Source of the DNA: the human T2T-CHM13v2.0 reference genome, Homo sapiens
Assembly (NCBI RefSeq): GCF_009914755.1
Contig: NC_060944.1
Length of the DNA: 64,000 nucleotides
Strand: one strand, 5' to 3'
Shown: piece after piece, positions 14,337 through 28,300 of the stretch
Layout: each line of letters opens with the position of its first letter
Numbering within the stretch: the first letter of the stretch is position 1
Position numbers and translations under genes: made by a program
The notes under the pieces: generated by a model
Told to the model about the DNA's origin: nothing
Seen by the model: only the letters and a program-made list of their open reading frames with translations
The model's database searches: none

Positions 14337-15408
14337 CTGTGATGACAGGGAGTAAACAGTTACCAGGGATCTGGCAAGCATACCAATTTGAACTTGCAAA
14401 TTAGCAGGTTTTTACTATTTCTCAGTGTTGCTACTATTAAAACACACATAGAGACACACATATATACATGTGTGCACAAGCAACTCAACAAGCAAACTAA
14501 ATAAGCATTAACCTAGAATAGGAAGGTGGCCTAGCACAGACTAAGAGCAGGGGTTTTGTTTTAGGACACCTGAGGTTGCATCTTGACTGTGCCACTCACT
14601 AGCTATATGGCTCTGGGCAGGTGACTCAATCGACGCTTTGCTTGTGCTTGGTATGCCGTGAGTGTCCGACTAAACTACCATGGCAAATCTTGCTCATGGA
14701 CTATTCCACAGTCATTAAAAATGTTATCTACAAGTTCTGTTCACAACAACTCCCACACACATTCACAGCAAAGGGTCTAGAAGGCTAAAAACCAATGCAT
14801 TAGCAGCTGCCTCGGAGGATAAAATTTTTATTTTCTTCTTGCTTGACTTTATTTTGGAATAAAACCCAAAATGATTTAAAACATATTATAGAAATTAATG
14901 ATCACAAGACTACAAGAAAATGTTTGTGGTATAATATTGAATAAAAAAGACTCAAAATTGTGTGTATGATTACACTTGTGGGGAAGGAGACCCTATGCAC
15001 AGGGCTAAAAAGTAGTGGACAATGAGGAAAACTAAAAAAAAAGAAAAGAAAAATTGGTGTTAAGTCTTCTCTGGTGGTCTGAAGACCAAGTTCTTCAGCT
15101 ATACTCGCATCACTAGAGAACCCCAGATACACTGTACCTCTGCCTGAGATCCATGGGCTGCTCAAAAAACTCCTTCATTTGCCCATCCCCTTTCCCCACC
15201 TGTTCTCACCAGCTCTCTCACCCAGCACCCAGGAAACCTCCTTTGATTTTCCAGTAAGCGTCTTTGTTCGTGAACCACAGCAAGGGCACTGTCTCTGTTA
15301 GTTTCCCTTTCAGAGGCTGCTGGTTAATGCACAATATGTAACCAATCCCTTCAGAAAAATGGCAGAACAGTCCACAAGCTTCCCTCATGGGAAGGTGGAT
15401 GCACTCAC

Positions 15409-15501
15409 ATCTTGGCTGGAATGCTGCCTCTTTTCTCCTGCCACATAGGCAGACTCTTCCTCTGGTGCTGCCCCAAGGCGGTAGCCACCTCCTGCAAATG
15501 G
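15409..15501 (-). CDS. NSFL1C: NSFL1C coding exon 5, [10 protein letters not shown]...HSSQD (SHP-like motif; symmetric phase 0, skippable in frame)
   Basis: acceptor ttatag|CCA, donor GAT|GTGAGT, 93 nt. Confidence 0.96.
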
Positions 15502-16162
15502 CTATAAGGGACAAGTTCATACACATTTAAGGGGTTGGTCCATGGTACAAGGGTTACTCAGATACAATGATATATATATCTTAGGTAAGAGGAAGAAAGA
15601 GGACAGGGTTCCTGATCAAGCTTGTTAGCTACTAGATGCACTTTCTCTGATATCAGACTCAGTGCCTACATGCCCAGGCAGTATGGTAAATGAATTAGGT
15701 GGCCAGAATTGGGGTTAAGAGCTGGAAGGGGCAGTGCCTGGCTAAAGGAAACAGATGCTACTAAACTCTCATTAACCGTGACCATGTAGGAATTTGGGTA
15801 CAAGACAATATCAAAGACTTTTTGATTTTCTCAAAGGAGACAGAAATCCCGATTTTATATAAAACAGATGACTATTAATTCAAGTAAAACAAAATAAAAC
15901 ACTAAGTCAGTCAAATTTGATAGGCCAAACAAAACATGTATGCAGAACCCAATCTAGACCATAGGCTGTAGGTCTGAAAACTCTGCCCCAAATCTTGGTT
16001 TCACGTTAAAGGGTGAGATAAACTACACTCGTGTTCCGCACAGAAGACCAAGTAAGCAAATGAAAAAAAGAAAAAAATCAGTCACTACCGGGGTGAAGAA
16101 GGTGGCATTCCCAGTTCTGGAATCTCAGTCCTGTGGGCACAGACAATGACCCTTATACTCAC

Positions 16163-16328
16163 TCTCGGTTTACTGGTCTCTCCAGGGCTCTTGGTCACTC
16201 GCTCCACAGCTACAGCTCCATGCTCTTTGGCACCTTTAAAGAGATCATCCACCAGCTCGTTGGGACTTTTCTTCCTGGGAGGGCCAACAATCTGCTGTCC
16301 ACTTCTCTCTGAGCCCCCAGCATAAAAC
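16163..16328 (-). CDS. NSFL1C: NSFL1C coding exon 4, [10 protein letters not shown]...GETSKPR
   Basis: acceptor cacag|G, donor AGA|GTGAGT, 166 nt; ORF track 16085..16426. Confidence 0.97.
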
Positions 16329-16909
16329 CTGTGTACAAAATACACCTCTAACATGAAACACTCATGGAAAACATGAATAGAGCATGTGCCAGGTTGGTGC
16401 TGGGCACACTGAGGCAAAGGGTACAATGCTTGTCTTTAAAGAATTTACTGGCTAGCTGGGAACACATGGAAGGAGGCAAGCAGGTAAAATGCAGTGTGAG
16501 CAGCAACAGAAGTCAGTGAGGGAACACTGGGTGGGAAGGACAGCCAAGGCTTCCTTTAAGGGTGTCTTCTGGGCTGAATCTTGAGGATAAGGATGAGTTT
16601 ATCAGGTGAACAAACTGGGGAAAGGCATTCCAAGCATGCAAAACAGCTTATCAGTTCAGGAGAGAGTCTCAGCTGGGACTATCAATCTGGTGGCCAGGCT
16701 CCTCTCCAGGAGACAGTGACTACAGTCATAGTCAGAAGTAGCTACCACTAGTGACTTGGGGTTAATGGTGGCACTGGCATGGTTAGTACAAGCAGCTAGG
16801 CTCCAGTCTTGGCTCTGCCACTGTATGTCCTGGGTAAGCCAGTGCACTACTCTGTGACTCACTTTCCTTGTCTTTGAAACGGGAGGGAAGGACCACATGC
16901 CCTACCTAC

Positions 16910-16915
16910 CTGCTC
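16910..16915 (-). CDS. NSFL1C: NSFL1C alternative 6-nt microexon GAGCAG (QR->QRSR)
   Basis: ctgacttaag|GAGCAG|gtaggt; frame-preserving; fits a recalled 372-aa p47 isoform. Confidence 0.8.
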
Positions 16916-18489
16916 CTTAAGTCAGAGCCGTGAGGTTCAAATCAGCAGATGTATGCAAAAGAACAAGCACAGAGTAATGCACACAGGTAAGGTGGAGTGA
17001 CACAGCACCAGGAGCTCCCCCAAGCCTCACCTCACCTTGCCATTCATGTGACACACACTGTGGCCCCTGAGGAAAGGGTACTGGAGGTCAGAGAAGCTCC
17101 AATCTCAAATACAAGCCCCAAGACACCCACACTGGGCTTTGCAATAGGCCAGGCATGGCTTGAGATAATAAAGTTAGTACTTTTTTATATGGGCCTGAAA
17201 ACCAGTTGTCATGCAGCCTGGCCCACTGCCTCCTTATTACTCCTATTCAGAGCTAAGTCAACAGCTTGTCCCCAAGCAAGAAAAATTGAGAACCTATAAA
17301 AATTAGTCTCAGCCCTCTATTTCCTGACATTCACCAGGGAATGAGAGGCAAAGCCACAGGCCCCGACAAGGACAACAGTACCAGTGTCCTTTCAGGTCTG
17401 AAATGCTGAGGGGTCAAGGAAGTAAGCGGAATGTGAAATAAAGGAAGGTCACTGCCTGGAGGACGTGACTGGGTGGGAGGAGAACGAGAAAGACATTTAG
17501 GAGCTGGGCATTCACGTACTTGATGACACTGCCTTTCACTCAGGAGTGTGAAACCCCAAAATTAACATATATTTTTATATCCAGAAGTATCTAAAAGGAA
17601 GGTTTTGAGTCGGTGTGAAGGTCACAATAGGAATGAAAATAGAGAATAGAACACATGTAATTTCTCAGCCCACTTCCCCAAAGACTGACCATGATGAGGT
17701 AACTGCATTCCCGAAATAGTTATTATACAATTTTCCTTAGGAATGTCTGACAGACCGAGGCAGATCCTGTGGAGAACCAAAACCCATGAAATGAGGCTGG
17801 CGTTCATTCTTGTTCATTCCAGGTAGATGAAGTTCTGCTAAATGGACTATAAAGTCTTTATTAAGGGATCTCAAAGCCCTGGCTTCAGAACTGGGAGCCT
17901 GTGATCAAGAGCCTTAAAAATATGCATGCCCTTGACCTGGTATTTCCATTTTTAAAAACTATCCTAAAAAAAATCTGAAATGTGGTTAATTAATCCACAA
18001 AAATGTTCATAGCACTGATATTTACAGTAGTAAAACATTGAAAAAAATCTAAATGTCAGGCATCCCATATAATGGATTATTATTATAGCATATGAAAAGG
18101 CATATGAAGGATTTTAAGGACATGGGGAAACGTCTGAGATGTAGCATTGATCCAGCAAAACCATATTTATATACAGAACAAAGACTGGATGGAAATATGC
18201 CAGAATATCAACCGTAGTTACCAAAGGGTAGATGAGTTTAAGACTTTTTCATTATACTAGTCTGTAGTTTCCATAATGGATATTTTTATTATAATGTTCT
18301 AAAGGTTAAAAACAAATAGTTGATGGGTACATGTCTATTGGGGGAAATATACACTTATAAGCCTATTATTCTGTTTTTTACATGATGTTTTTTAAATTAA
18401 AAAGAAAAAGCTGGAAAGAAATATACCAAAAAATGGATACCTGGTTACGTATGGACTGTAATATAATGAATAACTTTTTCTTTCTTTTC

Positions 18490-19160
18490 CTTATTTTTTA
18501 AAATTGTAAATTGGCAATTTATAATTGTATATACTTATGGTGTACAAAGTGATGTTATGCTTTAACAATATGAAGTGGATTAAATCAAGCTAGTTAGCAT
18601 ATTCATCACCTCAAATACTCAAAATTTTTGTGGTGAGAACACTTGAAATTAACACTTGGCAATTTTGAAATGTACAATGCTGTTTTATTAACTATATTCA
18701 TCATGCTGTGCAAGAGATCTAAAAAAGAAAAAGCCCCAAACCATATTCCTCCTGTCTTAAGATTTTATACCCTTTGACCATCATCTCCCCATTATGCCCT
18801 CACTTCTGCCTCTGTAACCACACTCTGTCGATTGTTCTAGATTGGAATTGTTCTAGATTCCACACGAGAGCATGCTTTATTTGTGTTTCTGTGCCTGGCT
18901 TATTTTAGTTAGCATAATGTTCTCTATCCATGTTGTTGAAAATGACAATTTCCTTCTTTTTAAAGACTGAGTAGTATTCCTACTGTGTATATACACCACA
19001 TTTGCTTTATCCATTCATCTGCTGGTAAGACACTTATGCTGATCCATAACTTCGCTACTGTGAAGAGCACCGCAATGAGCACGGGAACGTAGACACCTCT
19101 TTACAAACTGATTTCAAATCTTTTTAGTCAATACCAAAAAGTGGGACTGCTAGATCTTTT
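18490..19160 (-). mobile_element. L1MA-type LINE 3' end fragment
   Basis: typical L1 3' UTR antisense text (gagtagtattcc, atccattcatct). Confidence 0.75.
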
Positions 19161-19395
19161 CCTTGTTTCCCTCCCCTAATATTCCTCAATAAATACATTA
19201 AGTAACGGAACAGGGGTCACTTCTAAGCTACAAGGAGTAGAAGAGACTTCCTAAGATATAACCCACACAGACCAGCCCACAGTAGTAATGGCTAACAATA
19301 ACCAAACATGTTTACCAGGTCCTGTTCTAGGTGATTTACACATTACCCTGGACTTCCCTGTGAACTGTCCCCCTGACCCCCTCTAGAAGACTCAC

Positions 19396-19470
19396 CTCTG
19401 GCCTTCCTCTTCCTCCTCATCTTCATCTTGGTCATGAATGAGGTCTCTGAAGGATGTCACTCTATTATCA
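19396..19470 (-). CDS. NSFL1C: NSFL1C coding exon 3, [24 protein letters not shown]
   Basis: acceptor ctccag|T, donor GAG|GTGAG, 75 nt. Confidence 0.97.
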
Positions 19471-20345
19471 CTGGAGACACAGAAAGGAGCAAAATGATCT
19501 CAGGGAGCATTAAGAAAGGTAACCCTCATCACCAGCTGCTAAGGAGGTGAAGACACTGAGGTTACATTTTTGGTAGGCGAGAGGAGGACGTTATGTGGAG
19601 AAAGGTTAATCCCCTAAGATTACACATAAAATAATGTGGCATTTATTTTTTCAAGATCACACAGATTGAGTATAAATTAGAAAGTCCTATCATGAGGTAA
19701 AATGGAATCCCAATTTAAGCTGCCCTGGCTTTAATAAAAACTAGAAAGTATTTATTAATATTTAGGAAAAAAAGCAGTGTTGTGTGGGGTGGGCACAACT
19801 AAAAATGAGTACAGACTTAAGTAGTACAGACAGCGGGGAGTAACAGGGAAACTAAGAAAGGCTTCCCAGAAAAATGAAATATTTGGACCAACTGCCAAAG
19901 AACTAGTGGACAATCATGGTGATGGGGCTGCTGGGGAAAAGGGGTTGGTGTAGCATTATAGGAAAGCAGCATACACAGTGCACAGAGACCAGAGAGTTGA
20001 AGGAAGGACACATAGCCAAGAAGTAGGAATGAATGAATACGAGGGTGACAGCACTGGAGGAAAAGCAAGCTCCAGTGTACTTCTGCTGCAGGTTAGTCAA
20101 GAAGTATTTATTTTTAGAAAAAAAGCAGTGTTGTATGGGATGGGCACAACTAAAAATGAGCGTGAGAAGGGTTAATTCTCTCTGAAATTATCTTCCACTG
20201 CCACTTTCCACCTAGTTTAGATCTGTCCTCAAGGAACAAGCTTAAGTTTTTCAAGGATCATAAGACAAGTTTTATCAAGATTTAAAAAAATTCTGTATTT
20301 CTTAGGGGAAAAAAGCAGCTTCCATATAATATGGGACAAAGAGGG

Positions 20346-20711
20346 TGACATGGTTTGGCTCTGTGTCCCCACCCAAATCTCATGTTGAATTGTAATTCCC
20401 AGTGTTGGAGGAGGGACCTGGATCATGCAGGTGGATTTCCCTCATGCTGTTCTCATGATAGTGAGTGAGCTCTCACAAGATATGATCGTTTTAAAATGTC
20501 TGGCACTTCCCCCTTCACACATGCTTTCTCCTGCCACCATGTGAAGATGTGCTTGCTTCCCCTTCGCCTTCTACCATGATTGTAAGTTTCCTAAGGCCTT
20601 CCAGCTATGCTTCCTGTACAGCTGTGGAAATGTGAGTCAATTAAATCTCTTTTCTTCATAAATTACCTAGTCTCAGGTAGTTTTTTATAGCAGTGTGAGA
20701 AAAGACTAACA
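20346..20711 (+). mobile_element. MaLR solo LTR (MSTA/THE1-like)
   Basis: TG...CA ends; tgacatggtttggctctgtgtccccacccaaatctc start; near-TSD gaggg/gagag. Confidence 0.85.
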
Positions 20712-21439
20712 GAGAGTAATACAGGTTTAGTGAGGCTTTAATGAGCTGTTTACTAGGAAGAAAGCTCCAGTTCAGTCTTGAAGATTTATTTCAAGGAGAC
20801 AATCAGGGGACAGAAGAGTTTTGAGGATCCATCAACTAGAAGTGAGAAGACAAAAACCAATCAATGTAGCAAACAAGCTCCCTGCATGAGTTGGCTCCTG
20901 AGAACAGTCTGCCGGGCATTCCTTGATGCTTGATATGACATGGTTCAAAAGGATCCAAGTGATGAGATCTGTACTAGTACCCTGAGAGTACTAGTTCCAC
21001 TCATTCATCTTCCCAAAGGGAATTTTCCATACATGCTCAGCCTAAAGTTTCTTCCAATGACTAGGCTAGGATGAGCATCTATGAAAAAAATATTTTCTAT
21101 CTCCCTGTTGTTAAACTTTCAAATATATGTGTGTACACTTGCTTGGGCAAATCACTTGCTCTGCTATGGCTTTGTTTCTTTCCCCCAAAACTCATACACC
21201 CAGACTCTGATGGTATCCGACATTGATTCTGGTATCCATGTACCAGATTCCAATCCCAATTCTGCCTCCTACCCTTGGGATCTTGGACATGCTATTTAAA
21301 TTCTCAAAGCCTTCATTTTCTCACATGTAAATAAGACAATCACAGCACCAACCTATGGGCTTTCTGTGTGCAGGTGGGGTACTGATGCACGGAAAGTCTT
21401 TTGCATGGTGTGGCACATTTAAGTACTACTCTTGAGTAG

Positions 21440-21622
21440 CAGTTCTCAAAGTGTGGTCATGGACCAGGAGCATCAGCATTACAGTGAACCTGTCAGAAAT
21501 GCAAATCCCCAGGCCCCCTCTTAATTCTCCTGAATCAGAGCCTCTGGAAGGGGTATCCAGCAATCTAGCCTTAAGGAGCCCCTGAGGTAATTCCGACATA
21601 TATTCAAGTTCAGAACCACTGT
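21440..21622. mobile_element. MER5A-like hAT transposon
   Basis: cagttctcaaagtgtggtc ... agaaccactg termini. Confidence 0.75.
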
Positions 21623-23461
21623 CTGGAGTAATGCTTTCAGTTACCTTATGGCATGGATGTCCTAGGGATATTAGCAATTGCACAATACTTTTGTCCTATG
21701 GTCTCTACAAATTGGCTAAATATCTCAGAAAGTTCAATTTTTCAATATTAGAACTATCTCCCAGGCTACTCTGGCATACTGAAGTGGCACAAAACTCCTT
21801 CATCAGATGACATTTTCTGCTTTTAATCCGGTTACCCTAGCTCTGCCTCTCTGTGATGATGGAAATGCTCTATCTGCACTGTCCAACAGAGAAGCCACTA
21901 GCCACATTTGGCTATTAAGCATCTGAAATGTGGTTAGAGAAAACGAGTAACAATGTTTGTTTAATTTCAATTAATTTAAATAGCTAGTAGCTACCTTGTT
22001 GGATCGTGTAATTTTAGAGAATCAGACAATCGTAGTTCCCGGAAGTTTAAAGTACAACTTTTGCTGGATGAAAGAGGGGAAAAAAGGAAGAAACTGTTAC
22101 CTCTTGCTTGACCCTGCATACAGGGGTGGGAGGTGCTGGCAGGGAGGTAGCATGTGGCAGCAGAAGCAGCTTTGGACTTAGGCAGACTTCGCCTTGAATC
22201 TGTGGTAACAGCAGCTGTAAGTTACTTGACCTTTCTAAGAATTAGCATCCTGACCAGCGAAATGGTAAGCACCTTACCTATTTCAAAGCTGTTGAACAGT
22301 ATCAGAAGAGAACACAGGTGAGAAACATGGCAGAGCTTTGGTGACTGCTCCTGAAATACTAGCCGTCCCACTTCCAGGAATTTACAATTTACTTGGGGAG
22401 AAAAATTAAGTTAAATATCAGGAAAAGAGTTCAGGGCAATGTGGGAGAGATGCCACCCAGTAGTACATGGATATAGTCAAAGAACTGAAGGAGTGATAGT
22501 TGTGACTGGAGTTCTGTGGAACAGAATTATGGCGTGCAGCCTGGTCACAGGGTTAGCAATAACACGCTCAGCAGAGTGGGGATGGAGGTAAACATGGAAG
22601 GATGCATGGGATTTGTATAGGCAGAAAGCAAGAGAGCGGGCACACCTGATCAGGTGAGAGGCTCAAACAAAAGCAGGAGAACCAAAAATAAGGAAGAATT
22701 AGAGCACCAAAGAAATCAGTTTGGTTGGAACAAAGGATTTAAGAAATGAGGAAAAGGGAATCAGATTAGGAAGGTGGGTCCAAGGGTAAACTCTGGAGGA
22801 CTTTGAATGTCCACAAGAAGAGGCAGAACATTGTTGGGGCTGAGAGCTGAAATGCTGAATGTAGAAAACAGCCCTACACTTAAATCCTTGTTTTACTAGC
22901 TCTGTGATCTTGGAAAGATACCCAACTTCAGTGTCCTCATCTGTAAAATAGGAATAGTACTAACCTCAGTGCTAACAGTACTAACAACAGTACTAACCTC
23001 ACAGGGTTGCTGTGAGGACTAAAAAGATGTTCATGTAAAAGCTTAACTCAGTGCCTCACTCGTAAATACTCAATAAATGGCAGCTGTTATTACTGAGTTT
23101 AAACTGTCTCCTATAGCAATGGTTAACATTTTTATGTCTGTCAGCCCTTTGAGAATCTCATAAAAGCCATGGACTCTCTTGCCACAAAAGATACCTGCTA
23201 ACATGTACACAAACTTTTGCCTGTAATTTCAGGTATTAATAGAGACCTTCTCACGCTCATTTCATAGATTCCTCCTAGGGTTCTCGGGCTCCATATTAAG
23301 AATCCTTATTCTAGAGTTGGGTGTTGCTCTGAGGCAGCAGTGACAACATAAAAGGGTATGTGAGAAGTCAAAAGTGGGGGATGGGAGAGGGCAGCAGCTG
23401 GCTAAGTGTCCTGCAACTGCCAGGTCAAAGCAGAGGCAGGCCCCACACAGAATTCCTCTGA

Positions 23462-24019
<558 letters not shown>

Positions 24020-25525
24020 ACTTTTATGCCTATTCTTAAATGTACATACTTGTTGGGGAATAGAGTAAACAAAACAGGTCAATTGAGAATGAATGCTAAA
24101 AATGATAATACTAAAATTATAATAACAACACATGCTGTGTTCTATTTGCTTTGTAAGTATTAACTCATTCAGTCTCCCATGTGGTAGGCACTATCATTAC
24201 CATTTGACAGGCGAGGAAAATGAGGAACTGAAACGTTAAGTAACCTGCCCAAGGTCACAAAGCTTTTACTTAAGTGGCAGAGCTGGGATTTGAACCAACG
24301 CAGTCAGGCTCCTGGGCCCATGCTAATAAACCACTGCCTTAATAGAACTTTGGGATTACTGGAGAAAAGAAAGGAGTAAACATGTAACTGGCATTAGAGA
24401 CTAAGTTTAAATCTCTCCCCCTCTATAATTCTGACATGCCAACATCCCAACAACACCCTAAGGTGGCTGTCAAAGACTCATACCCCAGAAAATCAGCCAT
24501 CTCTACTAGCAGCTGCAAGAACAGCACTTACCCTAACAACATGTCCCAAGCAGTAATACCCAGATGTGCCATCACCAACATCTCATAGGTTAGCACGTGC
24601 AAACAGTTACAAGATCACTTTCCTCCTACCTCTTTTCTCTGGATGGGAGTTAGGGAAAGAAGAAAGCAATGAGATCTGGGGTTAGTGCTCCTTCTTCGAA
24701 GGGAGGAAATATATTTTAAACCTCAGTTGCCTTTAGAGAGAAACATAATTTACCACTTCATGGCAAAGAAACACTGTTGGTTATATTCTGGGGTTGAATT
24801 CAAACCCAAATAAAATTTCCTGGCTAAAACATACACTAGAGAGTAGAAGCAATAAGGCGAAAGCAGAGAGGGGAGACACCTCTGCTTACACACTCTCTGT
24901 AAAGGTTCAGACACCTTTACAGGAAGCACCCCTGCCTGTCTCCTGGAAGACCAGCATTGTCTCACTCTGCAGAGCACAGGAGTAATCTGCTGTGGGTGCT
25001 GTGGGAGGCAGCGACAGGGGATGCAAATGGGATTGCAAAGGTTAACACTGTTTTACCTAGTAAGACAAGGTCTCCCTAATCAACTTGGCAAAGGGTGGGT
25101 TACACAGGTTTATTTTGTACAAGACTTCTTAATAAGGTAACGGGCATCCTAAAATATCAAAACAGCTTTCCTAAGTCATTTCGCCTAAACTTTCACATCT
25201 ATAGCACCCTTGAAAGGAAGTTTTTTGGCTTTTACTTAAAAACTTTAGAGTTGCAGTGGTCATTCCTCATACTACATAAGTAAAAGTCTTAAAAGTAGGT
25301 TTGTGGTTTCCCCCAGGATTGAACCATAAACCACACCCAGTTAAAAGTCATGCATCTCTGTATAGGAAATGACTGAGGCCTGCTGGGAAGTACTACCCAT
25401 TGACTCAGTCTAACCTTCTCATTCAGACCTGGTCCACACACCCAGGCCTGAACGCTCTGGTCAGAAAATAGCTCCTCTTCACTGCTGGAAACACTCATGT
25501 AGCGATAATTGAAGCTGGCCCTTAC

Positions 25526-25623
25526 CTGGGGGCTGTGCCTCTGGACACTGAACTGGGGGTTGCCTGCGAAATGGTCACAATGTCTTCATCCCCTCCGTCC
25601 TCATAAAAGCTCGCTAGCGCGAT
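25526..25623 (-). CDS. NSFL1C: NSFL1C coding exon 2, [11 protein letters not shown]...SRGTAP
   Basis: acceptor tttcag|ATC, donor CAG|GTAAG, 98 nt, in phase. Confidence 0.97.
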
Positions 25624-27439
25624 CTGAAACAGAGAGGTAGTACCTTGGGACCCTTAAACAGGCCTTCACCTAACGCACATCTCCTTTGAGCACAAAGGAA
25701 TACAGACATGGCCAACACTTACAAGGTAGCTTGCATCCATGGGCCAAAGAAAATTAGACCAGAAGGTTAACAGCTCAGCTGTTAGTCTTCGTGTCAACTG
25801 AAACAAATTCCACCCACTAAGGTGAAAAGAAGGCAGTAAGAATGGCTGGGGTGGAAGACACTCTTTATTCTCATTTTATGAAGAAACGTGATCTAGTAAA
25901 AGTAGCACACATTTAGTGAGCATTTACATGCCAGGTTGTTCTGAGCATTCTACATACGTTAATTTGTTTAATCCTCAAGAACTCTATGCTATTAGTACTC
26001 TTATCATCTCATTTTATAGTTGATACAGAAGCACTGAGGATTAAAAAAAAATTTGTTCAAGTTTACACAACTGGTAAAGAGAGGAGCCAGGTTCCATCCC
26101 TGCTAGTGTGCTTAGGCCCTCACTCTTAAGCGCTTCCAGTACAGCCCGGAGTCAGGAACTGTGGAGTCAGTCCAGGTTGCTACTTTTCCTTTCTTTCAAG
26201 TTGTTTCCTAATCTGTGAAATGGGGGTACCTGTCTCACCAACCTGCACACTGGATGAGATAATCCATTAAGATTTATGCATACTCGCATCTTAGGTTTAC
26301 ACATACAGAAGGAATATGGGAATCCTTTGGTCATTTGTGACATCTCTGTCACCAACTCAACGGACAGGCATTTACTAATCACTTGCTTTGCACAAACACA
26401 AGAAAGCATTGAGGTCACAGAGATGAAATAGACATGGCCTCTGTCCTCAGGGTCACCAACTTCACAGGAGACAGTGAGCTGTCAAGGGATAAAAGTAATC
26501 TGCTGGGAGGCAGTGTGCTGTCTCAGGCCATGTAGTGAACTGGCATTCTCAGGGAGCCTACATTCAAGTCCTGTTCCTGCCAGGCAAGTCACATGCATGA
26601 TCCTCAGTTTCCCCACTACAATGTGAGGGGAACGAGACAGAAGATCTGTTGGTCACAACACTGTGTGCTTTTAGGTCTTTCAGGTAGAAACTTTTTATTT
26701 CTGCCCAGCATAGGGGCTTCCCATTGTGTCTAGGTGTGATCTAGGTGTGATGCTTTACCGAATTCTTATGTTTGGGGAGTAATTTACGTTTGGCAGCAGA
26801 CTCAGTTCAAATTCCAACCCCGCTACTTACTGGCTATGTGACCCTGAGCAAATTCTTTGCCCTCTGTGCTTCCAATTCCTCATCCATAAAATGGGTCTAG
26901 TCTTTACCTCATAGTGTTGCTAGGATCCAACGAATCATATTATGTAAAGTGCTTGGCACATGGTGGTTTAAAGCTTGGGCTCTGTCTGCTTGCAATCAGA
27001 CAGAACTGGGTTCCACTTCTACCTCTTCTGCCTGGTAGCTAGTGAGGCCTTGAGCAAGTTACTTAACCTCTTTAATCTCAGCTGCAAAATGCGAAGGTTA
27101 AATGACAAAAGACATGTAAAGCAGTCAGAACTGCGCTTGGCTCATGGTAGGTACTCAATAAATATTAGTCATCACCGTCATCATCTACCTAAGACGAAGC
27201 TGGCCAAGAATATTTATGCAATTCTTTCTACAGTTAATTACCGAATGCTTATTATGTGCCAGGCATTGTTCCAGGCACTGGGAATTCATCAGTGTACAAA
27301 AATCCCTGCCTCGTGAAGCTTAAGTCTTCTTAGCAAGTATTTAGTGAATACTCAGTACGTGCCAATGAACTACACAGCAATTTCCACGAGACTCCCATTT
27401 TACAGATAAGTTAACTACGCAAGGTGAAGAAGCTCCAAC

Positions 27440-28300
27440 CTTGCGCCACCACCCCAGAGGTATTCTCCCAGCAATTAGGAAGGCTGGGCGGCGGTCAACT
27501 CCCGGGCTGGACTTCGGAAGTGGAAATGAGCGGCCACCTAGTCCCGAGTGGGGCTTCACCCAAGAGCTGCTCACTCGGACCAGCCCGGCCTCCAGCAGAT
27601 ACTCGGCGCGGCAGCCACGCCCCCAGGCGCTCCCTCTCCTCGCCGGCTGCCGCAGCGCCCGAAGTCTCGCTGACGCCGCAAGCGGGCGAGGCAGGGTGAA
27701 ACTGGCACGGCAGAACTGGCTGGGGCTGGCCCGCGTTCCCCCACTCCCAAGCCGAGCAGGCGACGCGTGACAAGCGGTCCCGGGACCATGAGGCCTGGGT
27801 CGGGCCGCGGTAGAGCGGGGATGACTGTGCGCTTCGGCCGCCGCGGGCTTAAGGCACCAGGCGCCCGCTCCCAGCAGTCCCCGGCCCACCCGACACAGCC
27901 CGCCGCGCGGCGCTACCTGCAAGTCCCAGCCGGCCGACTCGAGAAAGAAGCGGGCCCGGTCCTCCTCGGCGCCCGTCACCGCCACGAACTCCCTCAGCGC
28001 CTCCTGTCGCTCCGCCGCCATCTTCGCCCCGTGCGCCTTCCAAAGCGCTCCGGCGGCCGCCGCACAGGCCCAGCCCCGCTGCCGCGTTCCGCTTGCCGGT
28101 CGACGAGGCCCAGCCGATGAGGGCCCAGCAGCTGGGAGCCCGCCCGCAGCCCCGCCCCACGCGGTGCCTCACGCAAAGCCCTCCGTGCGGGAAGCCCCGC
28201 CGCTCCGCGCCCTCTGGCGACCGCGGCGCGAACCGCAGCCTAACGGCGGGGGTGGGAGCCCGAAGGATGAGAGGCGGGGCGGGTCTTACATACACCTGTG
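27440..28300. promoter_or_regulatory. CpG-island promoter of NSFL1C with GC boxes; YY1 motif AAGATGGCGG overlaps the start codon
   Basis: very high GC and CpG density; CCGCCC near 28142 and 28152, GGGCGG near 28277. Confidence 0.9.
27917..28021 (-). CDS. NSFL1C: NSFL1C (p47) coding exon 1, [12 protein letters not shown]...SAGWDLQ (UBA-like N-terminus)
   Basis: ATG at 28021 in AAGATGG context; 105 nt; donor CAG|GTAGCG; matches recalled p47 protein. Confidence 0.98.

Noticed and set aside
22958-22997. Three TACTAAC (branchpoint/QKI-like) copies
   Set aside because: On the plus strand, antisense to NSFL1C; local slippage duplication inside a MIR
27341-28295. Multiple long overlapping ORFs on both strands
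   Set aside because: Stop-poor GC-rich CpG island; only 27917-28021 is coding
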